This document shows positions 23,815-36,505 of a DNA stretch of 64,000 nt, piece after piece. The stretch is from Rhina ancylostomus. Taxonomy: Eukaryota. The DNA is taken from positions 18,098,483 through 18,162,482 of the forward strand of contig JARFYF010000055.1 of the NCBI GenBank assembly GCA_030265395.1, read 5' to 3'. The translations under genes were made by a program, and so were the position numbers. The notes beneath the pieces are model-generated. The model saw only the letters and a program-made list of their open reading frames with translations, did no database searches and was not told the DNA's origin. Each line of letters begins with the position of its first letter. Position 1 is the first letter of the stretch.

Positions 23815-24200
23815 TTACAAGCAATGCAGAAAGTTTAACATGTTATCACTGCCATAATGTTTGATCAATCTGTGCAATGGTCCATTCCCCACAATCAATG
23901 ATGTGAAAATGACCAAGAATAGTTTTGTATGAAGGTGCTCCGGGGATAAACAGCAGACAGGATGCTGCAGAGAATTCCCCAGCTCTTCTTCGAATGGTGA
24001 AATGAGATTATTTACATCCATTTGATGTGGTTTTGCATCTCATCTGAAAGATGGCATTTCCAACCGTGTGGTTTTTTTCTCAGAACTGCACTGAGCGTTA
24101 GCCTAGGTGTTCTGCATAACCCTCTGGAGTGGGACTTGAAACCCACACCCTTCTAATCCAGGCATGAGTACTATCAACTGAACCTCGGCTGACACTGAAG
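23815..24200 (-). mobile_element. Deu-domain SINE
   Basis: CCCAGCTCTTCTTCGAATGG...TCATCTGAAAGATGGCA...CTCTGGAGTGGGACTTGAA, ending at a tRNA-like head on the minus strand. Confidence 0.7.
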
Positions 24201-24906
24201 TCAGCATTGTGGTCCCACCTGGCCTGACTGGACCCCAAGTGATCATGAGCAAGTTATCTGGGTTCAGACCAAAGTTAATACTTTCAGTGGTTTTGAAATG
24301 CCTGATTTAGAATTGAGTGGGAAGAATAAAATTGTTTATACTTCAGCAATGCTCACCACCAGGAACACGCTAACACTCCTTGAGCTCAGTGCTGCTGTGG
24401 CAGCAAGTACATAATATGTGTTTATCCCAGCATTACTGTGTGGCATGAGGGTGCCAGTCTGTAGCTGTGCAAATATGTTCACTACTTGTTATTCCTTCCA
24501 GAAGAAAATCACAGAAGGTAGCTGTTCTTTTGGTTAAATGCCTTTCCATGTTGCCATCCCAAAGTCAGGTGGCAAGCTAACAGAAAATCAGGAAAAGTTG
24601 CAGTAAGCTATTTAGCTGTGATGATGAGCTTTGTAGCTGAGCTGAATCTTGATGCAGTCTCCCAGGTCTCCCAGCTGGCAGGCTGATTATCTTTTACAAA
24701 TTAATCTTCCCTCACTCTATGTGCAGACATTTAGATTATCTGGGAACCAGAAACTGGATCTGGGATGTTTGTGGGCTACGTTGAGAGATTTCAGCTGTAA
24801 GGTTAAACTGGAGAATCTGTGGTTCTCCATACAGCAAAGAAAACAGAGAAGAGTTTTTACAGAGCTTGAGGATCACAAGTTTAGAATGGGTAAATAGAAA
24901 CTGATG

Positions 24907-25700
24907 TTTTTTCCAGAAATATGTTTTATTCATAAAGTATACAGTAAATGCAACTGGGACATGTCCTTAACTACATTCATTGTACCAGTGATACAATGCA
25001 ATCCCTTACAATCTATTCATGCCATTTAAGTTTTCTCCACTAACGTGCAACAATAATTTGTTACAGAGGCTGTTACATGGAACCCAGCCCCTTAGTGCCC
25101 AGTGGTAGCAGGACCATAGAATCTGGTCCTTCTCCACGGAGCCGTTGTGTCCCTCAGCATGTATTCCTCCTCCCTGGAATGTGCCAGTTGGCAGCATTCA
25201 CTTTCAGACATCTCTCCTTACACCAGAAGACCGACAAGTTTCAGGGCAACCAAAGTGTGTCTTTCACTGAGCTGCCCTTCTTCCAGTATTGTCTCCATAT
25301 GTGTCACCGGGAATAGTCTTTGAAGCATGGAATCCAGTGTTGCATAGCTGCTTGGGGCAAACCTCAACAAGGACCACTGCACCCTTTTCCAGACTTTCTT
25401 TGCAAATGCACAGTTCACAAGGACGTGGATGATTATCTCATCTGCAGCACATCTAGCTCAAGGGCAGTATGTGGTGGGATTGAGAGTCCAGCTGTGCACG
25501 GAGGAGATGGCCTCTCTCGCCACCAGCTAAGTGATGTCTTGGTTCTTGTTTGTGAGCTCTGGTGATGAGGCATTCCCATTAGTGGATGGTTCAAGGACCA
25601 ATAAGTTGAGATATTAAACTTCAGGTAAAAGATGTAAAAAGCTATGTTGAGGATAGTTATGACTTGGAATTTGCTGCCTTTATGGAGGGTGGCCATCCAG
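24907..25700 (-). mobile_element. Tx1/L1-clade LINE 3' end (C-terminal zinc-binding region), decayed
   Basis: HLLVNCAFAKKVWKRVQWSLLRF...LFPVTHMET and ASSPELTNKNQD motifs. 3' end TTTATGAATAAAACATATTTCTGGAAAAAA on the minus strand. Confidence 0.8.
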
Positions 25701-25857
25701 AGGAGATTGGATCAAAAGTTGAAGGAAAATAATCTGTGAAGTTATAGGAAAAGAATAAGGGAATTGGACTGACTGGATTGCTGTACTAAGTGCCAGCCTG
25801 GACTTGATTGGCCCTGAGGCTTCCTTGTCCTAGCATTTCTTTTTAAAATTTTTTTTT

Positions 25858-26210
25858 ATTTACAGCATGGCAACAGGCCCTTCCGGCCCAAAGACTCTGC
25901 GTCGCCCATTTTAAACCCATGTTAACCTACCCGTACGTCTTTGGAATGTGGGAGGAAACCAGAGCACTAGGAGGAAACCCACGCANNNNNNNNNNNNNNN
26001 NNNNNNNNNNNNNNNNNNNNNNNNNNNNNNNNNNNNNNNNNNNNNNNNNNNNNNNNNNNNNNNNNNNNNNNNNNNNNNNNNNNNNCACCCGAAGGAAACC
26101 CACGCAGGCACGGGAGAAAGTACAAACTCCTTGCACACAACGACGGGAATCGAACCCTGATCACTGGCGCTGTAATAGCATCACACCAACCGCTATGCTA
26201 TCGTGCCACC
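25858..26210 (-). mobile_element. V-domain SINE (young, CpG-retaining) spanning a gap
   Basis: CGTACGTCTTTGGAATGTGGGAGGAAACCAGAGCAC...GAAACCCACGCAGGCACGGGAGAA...GGGAATCGAACCC (B-box on the minus strand). Confidence 0.85.
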
Positions 26211-27199
26211 CCAAAAGTATACAAAAGTATACATGTAGCATTTCCATGCTACATGTCTCGTTGTTGCATGATATCTTCCCCCACAATAAGTAAAACATCC
26301 TGAGGTTTGTGATAGGCTCATTATAATGCAAGTCATTATTTCCTCCTTTTGGAATAATGCATATATTCACTAAATCATCCGGGAATCCTTTATTTCCATG
26401 CTGAAGTTCAATTTAATGAGAGCCAGCATGCTAATGCCAAGCACACTTTCCTCATTACTGAACATAGCCCTGTCTTGTCTTTGTAGCCTGTGGCTTGTGT
26501 GGTAACATTTTTGTTGAACATTTTTGGTATCCGCTATATACAGTATTCACTGTTCCAAACCTGAGCTATTTATGCTTGTGAGAATGGGCTAAAATCAAAA
26601 CAAGAGGTTTGGTAACTTGGGACCACCATTATAAACAGAAAAGTGATACTTCCCATCTGCTCTTTTGGAATTCAGTAAAGAAGTTGCCATGCCTTTCATA
26701 AACAAATAATTAAGGAAACACTTGGATTCCCGTATAAATCCAAAACCAAATAGAAATGCCCCTTTTTTAGATGAGCATCATGAATAAGGAAGTAAATCAT
26801 AAAAATCCAAAAAAACTTTTGATNNNNNNNNNNNNNNNNNNNNNNNNNTTTACTCCAGTCCCTGTATTCTCTGCTGGTGGTGGAAGTTGTAGGCATCACC
26901 TGCTCATTCTCCAGGGCCACTCGGGGACAGACATGATCACAGAAGGGAGGCAGGTTGCCGTGGTGAATGGAACAGTTAAGCAAGGAGGAAATGGAGATCA
27001 TTGGAAAAGGAAACAATATCAATGAAAACCTCTTTCTATAATCCCAAAGCATTAGTTCACCAACACTTTCTCAAACAGATTGAGAGAGGGGTAATAAATG
27101 CTGGCCTTGTCAGTGATGCCAACATCCTGAGAAATAAATAAAATAAAACAAATGGATTGGCTGTTCCATTTGGGAATCTTCTACAGGTGGGTGAGTTTC

Positions 27200-28450
27200 T
27201 GAAATTGAAACAGAAATTGCTGAAAATACCAGTAGTTAGGCAGCATTTGTGGTTAGAGAAACAGAGTTAACATTTCAAATCTTCCATCATAACTAGAACG
27301 AAGATAATATCTTTTATAGGGTGGAGACCAAAGTTGTCCAAATGGTAAAATGCTTTCACAGCCATCTAGTTATTAGATGGGTGAGGGCAGTTAGGGATTA
27401 AATTAAAAAAAATGTATAAAATAAAACCAAAAAAAACATTGAACAGCCATTAATACAAATCTGATGCAAAAGAGAAATGGATGAAATACCTGATAGATCA
27501 GGCAGCAGCTGTGAGATAGAAAAATGAATTAATGTTACAAGTTGATGACCTTACATATGAACTGGTTAGTTCTGAAACAATCTGGAAAGGCTGGTTATCT
27601 GAAATTCTTCCTCAAGCTTTCATTGGGCTTCACTGAAACAGTGTAAGAGGCCAAAGGCAGAGTGGGAGTGGAATGGAAAATGAAAGTGAAAGTTGACTGG
27701 AAGATCAGGGATGCTGATGTAGCACTGACTGAGTACATCAAATTGGAAGAAGTGCAAGTAAATCACTGCTTCATCTGGAAGGATATTTGGGTTCCTGCAT
27801 GGTGGTAAGAGAAGAGAAAGAACAGGTGTTCCATTGGAATGTGTGGAGAGAAGGGGAGTGATTGGTGGAAATGGAAAAGCAAACCAGGTAGTTGTGAAGG
27901 GGACTGTCTCTTTGGAATATTGATAGGGAAGGGTTGGGGAAGATGTGTTTGATGATGGAAACTCATTGAAGTTAGTGGAAAATATGGATAATGATCTGCT
28001 GAATATGGTGTGTTGGAAGCTTAGGGCAAGGGGAATCTTTTCTCTAGCTTGGAGAATAGGGGATGTAGGGGGTGAGAAAAGAAGTGTGGGAAATTGAGGA
28101 GACATGGTGAGAGTCATATCAATTATGGTAGAAGGGAAGACGTGGTAATGGTAAAAGGATGACATCTCAGAAGCATTGTTGTGGAAAGATTTGTCACCAG
28201 ATGTGCTACTACAAAGATGGGGAAATTGGGAGAATAGAATGAAATCCTTACAGGAAGCAGCTTAGGGAGAGCTGTAGTTGTGATATCTGTGGAAGCTGAT
28301 AAGCTTATAATGGATATCTGTTGCTAACCTATTCCCTGAGATGGCAATAGAGGAGTCAGGGAAAGGAAGATGTCAGCCAAATGGAAATAGTAAAATTTTC
28401 CAGTTTTGTACGAGTGCAAGAAACAGCACCAATATACCCATCAATGTCCC
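27200..28450 (-). mobile_element. Penelope-like retroelement fossil (RT C-terminus, linker, GIY-YIG region) with terminal repeats
   Basis: ORF 27620-28165, MSSFY..HVFPSTIID..L...EKIPLALSFQ, resembles PLE MSSFF..RGFP...DR.PLVLTFHP. SFQMKQ follows. Terminal-repeat fragments at about 27200-27300 and 27470-27570. Confidence 0.75.
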
Positions 28451-28889
28451 TCAGAGATCTGCCTGTCCAAGGATGTGCTTGTAACCTTGCCTGCCGTTCC
28501 AACTTCAGGGCCATCATTATATTTTAGATGATGACTCAATCCTATGAAGAACATGACCAAGAGGAGAGGGTTTGATTGAAAGAAGCCTTAAAAACCTAAA
28601 TTACCTGTAAAAGGCAAATAAAATTAAATCCTCTCTCTGTGGGCTATTAATAAGTAATCAAAAAATTAGGCTTTAAATTAAATAGTGATTGTGGGAGGAA
28701 AGCAGGGGCAGGGACAATGATGGAAGGGTGAAGGGTAGAGGGTTAAGAGGGGAAGTTTAGGAAGCTAAATAGAAAGGACAAAGCAATAGTGCAGTGTAGT
28801 AAAATGGGTAATGATAACCAGAGTCTGTTCAGAAGGGACAGTGCATATAAACACACTTAGAATCAGACCAGTGAAAGATGAAACAAATG

Positions 28890-30367
28890 GACAAACTGAA
28901 GGCTCTTCATTTGAATGCATGCCGGATTTACAAGGTAAGGAAATTAATGGCCCAAGTAGAAATAAATGGATATGATTTAACAGCCATAACAGAGAGTTGG
29001 TTGCAAAATGACTGAGGTTGGCAATTAAATATTCCAGGGTACTTTTAAAAGACTTTGGAAGATGAAAAGGTGGCAGGGTAGCATTATTAAAGAATGGATA
29101 AAGGCCATTGCGAAGAAGAATTTGAGCTCAGAAAATCAAGAAGTTGAATCAATCTGAATGGGAGCTAATGAACAATGGGAGGCAGGGAAATATTTCTGGG
29201 AGTTTCCTAAAGACCACCAAGCACTAATTGTAATGTAGGGCATGGCATAAGTGAAGTAATTAGAGATGCAATAATCCTGGGGGACTTTAATAGGCACATA
29301 GACAGGTCAAACTAAATTAGCAATAATAGTGTGGGGCATGAATTCATAGGGTGTATAATAGATGGTTTTTCAGATCAATATGTAGAGGAACCATTGGTGG
29401 AACACATTCTTTCTCATTACGCAGTATTAAATCAAAAATAGTTAATTGATGATCTGGTTGTTCAGGGGCCTGTAGGGAACAGTGAGCACAATATGATAGA
29501 ATTTTACATGAAGGTTGGAATTGACTTACTTTAAACTGAAACCAGGGTCTTAACTCTGAGTAAGATAAACTGTGAAGGAATGATACATGAACTGGTTGTG
29601 GTAGATCAGGAAACTAGATTTAAAGGTACTAGAGTAAACAAGTATTGGATCACTTCTAGAGAATTAATACACACGTAATACATATTCATTTAAGGCAAGA
29701 AAAAGATAGGAAAACTAGTCCAGCCATAACTATTATTAGTTGAAGACAGTATTGGATCAAAGGAGAAAAGCTTGTCACATTACCAAATGAGAACAAAGAA
29801 AATGGCAGACAATTTAAATACATGCTTTGGTCTGTATTCATAAAGGAGAACACAAGTAATCACTCAGAAATATCGGGGAACATAACGTTTAATGAGCGAG
29901 TAACTGAATGAAATCATTATAAGGAGGGAAATGATGTTAGAGGAATTAATGGGATTGAAGGCCAATAAGTCCCAGGGCCCAATGAACTATATACCAGAGT
30001 GTATGGAAGTGGCCCTAGAAATAATAGATATATTGCTGGACATTTTCCAAAGTTCTATAGAACTCTGAAATAGTTCCAAAAGGACTAGAGTGTAGCTATT
30101 GTAATCCCACTGATTAAAATGGAAGGAGAGAGAAAATAGAGAATTGATAGGCTGATATTGGTAGTGGAGAAAATGCTGGAGTTCATTATAAAAAATATAA
30201 TAGCAGAGCTCCTGCAAAACAGTGACAGAATTGGATTGAGTCAGTTATGAAAGGGAAATCATGCAAACCCATGGGAAATTTTGCCAGCAGAAAAGGTGAG
30301 GGAGAACCCATAGTGTATTTGGATTTTCAGAAGGCTTTCAATGAAGTCCCACATAAGAGATTATTGC
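28890..30367 (+). mobile_element. Old CR1 LINE ORF2 pseudogene (endonuclease to start of RT), 5' part
   Basis: Frameshifted motifs LKALHLNA, GYDLTAITESWLQ, ILGDFN, GNSEHNMIEF, KSQGP and VYLDFQKAFNEVPHKRL. Confidence 0.85.
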
Positions 30368-30368
30368 T

Positions 30369-31024
30369 AAATTAGTAAATTGGTGAAGAGGTTTACTTTT
30401 GTCATATGTACCAAGGTGCAGTGAAAATCTTTGTTTTGCATGCCATCCATACAGATTATTTCATTACAACAGTGCATTGAGGGAACACAAGGTAAAACAT
30501 TAACTGAATGCACAATACAGTTATAGAGAAAGTGCAGTGCAGGTAGACAATAAGGCACAAAGCTATAACAAGATAGATTGTGAGGTCAAGAGTCCATCTT
30601 ATTATACTAAGGGAATGTTCAATAGTCTTATAACAGCAGGATAGAAGCTGTGCTTGGGTCTGGTGGTATGTGCTTCAGGTTTTTGTATTTTCTGCCTGAT
30701 GGGAGGGGGGAGAAGAGAGAATGTCCCAGGTGGGTGGGTTCTTTGATTATATTTGCTGCTTTATCAAGGCAGCAAGAAGTATAGACAGAGTTCATGGAAG
30801 GGAGGCTGGTTTCCATGATGTGCAGAACTGTGTCCACAACTCCCTGCAGTTTCTTGCAGTCACAGGCAGAGCAGTTGCCATACCAAGCCGTGTTGCATCC
30901 AGATAGGATGCTTTCAAAGGGGACATGCCAAATTTCTTTAGCCTCCTGAGGACGTAGAGGTACTGGTGTGTATTTTTGGCCATAGAGTGTATGTGGTTGG
31001 ACCGGGACAGGCTATTGGTGATAA
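30369..31024 (-). mobile_element. Rex1/Babar-type LINE 3' part inserted into CR1
   Basis: HQYLYVLRRLKKFGMSP and GHSLFSPLPSGRKY. 3' UTR matches the family at 1331-2695. Confidence 0.88.
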
Positions 31025-31034
31025 TTATGCTGGA

Positions 31035-31260
31035 ACATTGAAATAAAAACAAAAAATGCTGGTGATGCTCAGCAGGTTAAGCAGCATTTGTGAGGAGAGA
31101 AACTGAGTTAATAATTCAGGTTGTTGATCATTCATCAGAACTGCAAAAGTGAGGAAGTTAAGTTGCAGGGAGGAGGCAGGGTGGGGTGAACAAAAGGAAT
31201 GTCTGTGGTAGGGTGGAACCAAGGTTGTCTTGGTGATTAAATTACCCTTGGTGCCATCCG
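31035..31260. mobile_element. Penelope-like terminal repeat
   Basis: AAAATGCTGG..ATGCTCAGCAGGTTAAGCAGCATTTGTG...TTCATCAGAACTG (CTGATGA on the minus strand). Confidence 0.65.
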
Positions 31261-33067
31261 AGAGAGCTGGAAACATTTGTGTAGGAAAGAGATGTGGTTG
31301 TGGAAGTGAATGTTGGTAACAAAAACAAGAGAAACAAAGGGTGAGCAAGCTAAAAGAGTTGGAAGGAAATACTATTAAAGAAAGGAACAGAGCTGCTTCA
31401 AGGTCTTGGAGCAGGGCACAGGGGGAAATGGTGCAAAGAGGAAGGGGCATGAGTGTAAAAGGGGCTCATTCAAACAACTGAATTTAGTTGAGAGATGGAT
31501 GCTATCACTGATAAGTAGATGACGATGAAAGATTAGGTGCTGCAAGAGCTGAAAAAGCAGGATGGAAAAAGCATCAGCTTTTGCTTATTAAGCTCCAACA
31601 TCAAAGAGTTCCTGATCCACCCACAGCCCCCTTTTGACCCCAAGGGATCCCTTTACTAAAGCTTTCCTATGTTTAATCTCTCCCTTTACAATTTGTCTGG
31701 ATGCTCTCTTTGTAAACTTAATGCATGTTTGTGTTCATATAGGATAGCACTAAAATAAAATGGGAAGTGTTGTCTGGCCGCTTGATTGTAATGCCTTGAG
31801 GCAGGCTGCCTAAGAAGTAAATACTGAATATAGTTTTTTTAAAAAAAAGTACACTATCAATTTTTCTTAATATTCTCTCTGTAACCATGAAGGAATACTT
31901 GAAACTAAGTTCCTCAGTGGGCCTTTTTACATTATTTTGAACCATCAATTTAAAATCCTGTCCTAAACATTTATTATTTTCCTGTCTTTAAGTTTCTCTC
32001 CCTGTGCAGAACACAAACCCTCAGTTATAATTTCCATCCCTAATTCTTTGCTAACTCCTTTCTAATCTTTCCTCACTTTCTTCACCCCTCTGCTTTTGCT
32101 GTCCACCTTCCTAAATTCTAGGCTACTGCTTTTCCTGCCACACCCCTTCTTTCATCTGTCTTACCCTTTCTGTTACAGCTAGTCTTTCTCCTCACTGTAT
32201 ACCTCTCTGCCCTCCTTCCTAGTCTACTGGCAGTGATTCTCAGATATTGTTATCTGTTCTTGCTTTTACATTACCTGTTCTTTTCTCTCATACTTGGCAC
32301 CTGCTTCTTGCCCTTGCTCTTCTTCCCTTTTGTCCCCTTGGCGCACTTAGTCTTAATATCTATACTTGCAGTCTTTTAATACCTATCTTTCTACATTTCC
32401 CTGTGCCTTTTAATCTTACTTGTGCGATCTCTCATGGACTTGATTTGTCCTCTGTGAAAACTTGCACTCTTCGCTTCTTTCTCCTCTTTCTGTTCTTCTT
32501 GAAGGGCAGACAATACTCAATCTCCCAGTGTACTTCTGACACCCTTTGCTCCATGTGTCTGCTTGTTCTCTTCCTGAAGAATTCACTCTGCTTGCAGGCT
32601 CTGCTTATGCCATCCAAATGTGCTGATACATTTTCCATTATTTTGCTGCATAGTCCCTCTATTTCCTGCCCTCTGTGTACTCTCTTTCTTGTGTTTCTGA
32701 AATTCTGTTTTCCACATTCTTTACTCTCTACTTAGTCGCAGTCTCTTCCATCAATTTTTCATCTGTAACCCTTTTCTTCACTAATGTTTTTATGTGTTTA
32801 TTTCCTTGCTCATCCTTACTTCTGTGTATCATTTTCTCATTTTGACGGCCTTTGGTTCCCTCCTGCTTCACTTCCATACCCCTTGTCTTAATCACCCTTG
32901 TGGACCCTTTGCTTTCCCTCCCTTCTATTTTTTTTAGTTGTACATCTTCTTGGTTATATCTCTCTTNNNNNNNNNNNNNNNNNNNNNNNNNNNNNNNNNN
33001 NNNNNNNNNNNNNNNNNNNNNNNNNNNNNNNNNNNNNNNNNNNNNNNNNNNNNNNNNNNNNNNNNNA

Positions 33068-33660
33068 CATTAATAAAAATTGGTGAGGGTTGACGGGGAT
33101 ATGTCAAATTTCTTTAACCTCCTGAGGAAATAGAGGTACTGGTGAGCTTTCTTTGCCATGGTGTTTACGTGGTTGGACTGGGACGGGTGGTGTTCACTCG
33201 ATAGGAACTTGATCTCAGCCCTCTCGACTTCAGTACTGTTGATGTAGACAGGAGTGTGTGCACCGCCCCCCTTCCTGAAGTCAATGACCAGCTCTTTTGT
33301 TTTGCTGACATTGAGGAAAGGTTGTTGTCATGACAGCATGTCACTGAGCTCTCTATCTCCTTCCTGTACTCTGACTCATCATTATTTGAGATTTGGCCCA
33401 TTACTGCGGTACCATCTGCAAACTGGAGTTAGAGCAGAATCTGGTCACACAGCTGTGAGTGTATAGGGAGTAGAGCAGGGGGCTGAGGATGCTGCCTTGT
33501 GGGACAACGGTGTTGAGAATAATTGTGGCAGAGGTGTTGTTGCCTATCTTTGCTGACTGTCGTCTGTTGGTCAGGAAGTCCAGTTGCAAAGGGAGGTGTT
33601 GAGTCCTAGGTCTAGGAGTTTGGAGATGAGCTTGCTTGGAATTATAGTATTGAAGGCATG
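33068..33660 (-). mobile_element. Rex1/Babar-type LINE RT fragment
   Basis: [35 protein letters not shown] and GQISNNDESEYRKEIE. Confidence 0.9.
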
Positions 33661-33910
33661 CAAATTTACAGCACATAGGACTGCAGGTAGGGCACTGGTG
33701 TAGATAAAGAACTGCTTGATAGACAGAAAATAAAGAGTAGGAGTAAGCAGGTCTTGTTCTAAGAGGCAGGCAGTGACCAGCTGTGTACCACATGGATCAG
33801 AGCTTGGATTCCAGCTATTCACAAGATACACTATAACATATTAATGACTTAAATGAGATAATTAACTGTAATATACCCATGTTTGCAAATGACACATAGC
33901 TGAATGGGAT
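33661..33910 (+). mobile_element. Continuation of the CR1 interrupted at 30367
   Basis: KFTAH...KNCLIDRK.RVG...VTSCVPHGSELG.QLF continues directly from PHKRLL at about 30350-30367. Confidence 0.75.
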
Positions 33911-34236
33911 AACTTCAGATGTAATTTTATCAGTTAAGTTTTAACCAAATTGTGTGAGAAAAAGACAACCTAATAACTGTCAGTCACATAATTCTTCACA
34001 AACAACTGCTTCAGCACAGTTTAGAGTTATATAATTAAAAATGCAGTGCATTTTACATACAGGCAGCTCAGTGGTGGAGGATATTTGCATTGCTGCACTT
34101 GAGGCATAACAGAAGTTTAAGACAGTCAGTATTCATATTTCACACAGCATGAGTTCCTGGTCCCAGCTGCAGTAATGTGACAAACTAATTTCTTTAAGCA
34201 AAGAAGGAAGATTTCAGTGTAGAGTTATATACTTAC

Positions 34237-34296
34237 GGAGTTCCTGAGGCCAGCTGATGATGTGATATTGGAGTTAAGCACTTTCTCAGTCAGGAG
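34237..34296 (-). CDS. Candidate 60-nt symmetric (phase 0) exon, LLTEKVLNSNITSSAGLRNS; gene unknown
   Basis: Long pyrimidine tract, ...acattccAG| 60 nt |GTAAGT. Only phase 0 is open. Lies in non-repeat sequence. Confidence 0.3.
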
Positions 34297-35891
34297 CTGG
34301 AATGTAATGTGGGATATTTTAAACAAAGAAGAAAATAGATGGAAAGAATTGGAAGATGATAACAAAGTTTTCTTGAAGAGCCATTTCTTGCTCAAACTAC
34401 TATGCTGAACTGCTGAGCAGCCGTCACAGTTCCGGCTAATAAGAAGCCTGAAAACTAAAGTAACCATCTCCAACTAGGGTCACCATCTGAGGAGATGCTT
34501 TGAGCAGAACAGTGCATTGGAGCACCAATAGAATGCAATTCAGGGTTTTGTCAGTTAATAAGTTCAACATTATTGATTAAAATCATTCTGCCCATTGAAA
34601 AGTCCAAACACTGCCTTTTATTATTACTTAGTGTTAAAAAATAAGAATAGTTCCCTCAAATGTTTTCATTTACTTTCACAGGTTTTTTCACATCCTTTCT
34701 CACGCATTAGCATCAGTGTACAGCACAGTCATGGCGATGTGAGAGAAGTTGAAAACCACTCTGATGGCCATCAAAAACCAATGACTTCCTTATCCCCACT
34801 AGACACTTCCGTTTTAGCAGCAGAATAGACGCTTGGTGGCTTTCGAAAGCCTCCTTTACGTGAGAATGACTCTGATTTCTGATACTTCTTGTCTGCTCTC
34901 TCCTCCCAAGAAAAGTTGAGTTTGCGTCTAAAAAAACTCTTACTTCTGCAGTTCACATAAAGAGGAGACGTCTTCTGAGACTTTTGAAATAAAGTTAAAA
35001 AGGGAACTGTTTTATAACTGAATACCGTCTTTAGTGGTAGAATTCTGCCTTGTTCACAGCAATCATAATTGGCATTTTTGGCCTCATGTTTCCATTCTGA
35101 TTACTCTACTGATAAGTCTTATAGAGCTAGATATAGCTTGTGACTTTTTTATCTCAAAATAAACAAATTCTGCCATTTCATTCATTGCATAGAATGCTGT
35201 ATGTTTTATGATGTCTAAACAGATCACACTGGGCTACTTTTATTGCCTTTTCCACAATGCTCATTTTTAAATGATCTTGACTATACTGAAAAAAAAATCT
35301 TGTGGTTGAGGATGATGCATTTCATTCTGCACAATATCTGCTAATTGAATCTATGAGTCACTCAAGACGAGTTTCATCAGTTATTTGGTGCGATGCCTTA
35401 TGAAAGTGATCCTTCTGTTGGGAGAGATCTAGCTTTAATTCCCTTCTCTGCCTAGAGTGCTTTTCATTGTCCAAACAATGTAACTACATGAGAGTCTTAG
35501 ATATAAAATGGTACATTAGAAGAAAGGTATAGTGATGAATTGAGCTTGCATTCAGGATTTTGCCCAGCTACCTTCAGGGGAACATTTTCCTGAGCTTCCT
35601 GGGTATGAGAAAGAGGGAAAAGGGTTTTGAAGAGAAAGATAGAAATTCACAGGCTGAGTCACTTCAAGCTTTTGATACTTAGAAGTGATCCAATCTTTCG
35701 GAAAACAAGGTGACCGATGATGTGGGCAGGATGCCATAAAAAAGGCATCCTGCCTTTTAGAGGGAAAAGTCTCCTCCCACTCTGGAAAACTAACTCAAAA
35801 TAATAAGGTAAATGAAACAAGACAACTGTTTTAATGTTAGCTTTCATTTTCTCACCTTTTGATTCACTCTCCTACTTTATGCTGCCTTCTC

Positions 35892-35894
<3 letters not shown>

Positions 35895-35936
<42 letters not shown>
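35895..35936. repeat. (CT)n microsatellite followed by a degenerate CA-rich tract to about 36010
   Basis: Directly visible. Confidence 0.97.
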
Positions 35937-35939
<3 letters not shown>

Positions 35940-36374
35940 TCACAAACACACTCATGTATGCACACACTCATCCACACGCACTCACCCACATGCAAACCAC
36001 ATGCATACAGACTGTTAAGCTTTCTTATTCAACTAGAAGATGGTCTTCTCTGTAGCAATTGTCAGTATGTGAAGAGTTCATAAGGCAGTATGACCATGAA
36101 CAAACGTACCAATAACTTCATCTGAAATCCCCCTCTCCCCTAATTTTATGCCACTTATTTGACTTGCTTTGACCAATTAAAAGGTGAAAAAGCATTTCAG
36201 GTGAACTCATTTAATATAGGATGTTATTGTCTAGTAGCAAAATTAGAAAGGCCTCGCTTCTTCCTCTTTCAGGATGAAACACCTTTCAGAAAGATACTTC
36301 ATCTTTTAATCTCCACTAGAATCACCTGTACTCATCCCCAAGAGTGATTAACTGTCCTTAACCTTAGCCGAAGG

Positions 36375-36505
36375 ATCTGACCAAGGGTTGTTGACCTGAA
36401 ACTTTAACTCTGTTTCTTTTTCCACAGATGCTGCCTGACCTGTTGTATGTTTCCAGCATTTTGCATTTCAATTTCAGATTTCCAGCATTTGCATTTTTTT
36501 GATTT
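36375..36505 (+). mobile_element. Penelope-like terminal repeat
   Basis: CTGACCAAGGGTTGTTGACCTGAAAC...CCACAGATGCTGCCTGACCTG...TTTCAGATTTCCAGCATTTGCA. Confidence 0.75.

Noticed and set aside
26095-26210. tRNA-like B-box (GGTTCGATTCCC on the minus strand)
   Set aside because: Head of a tRNA-derived SINE. No cloverleaf.
32247-32735. 162-aa hydrophobic ORF resembling a membrane protein
   Set aside because: By-product of the pyrimidine-rich low-complexity tract. No start context or recognisable family.
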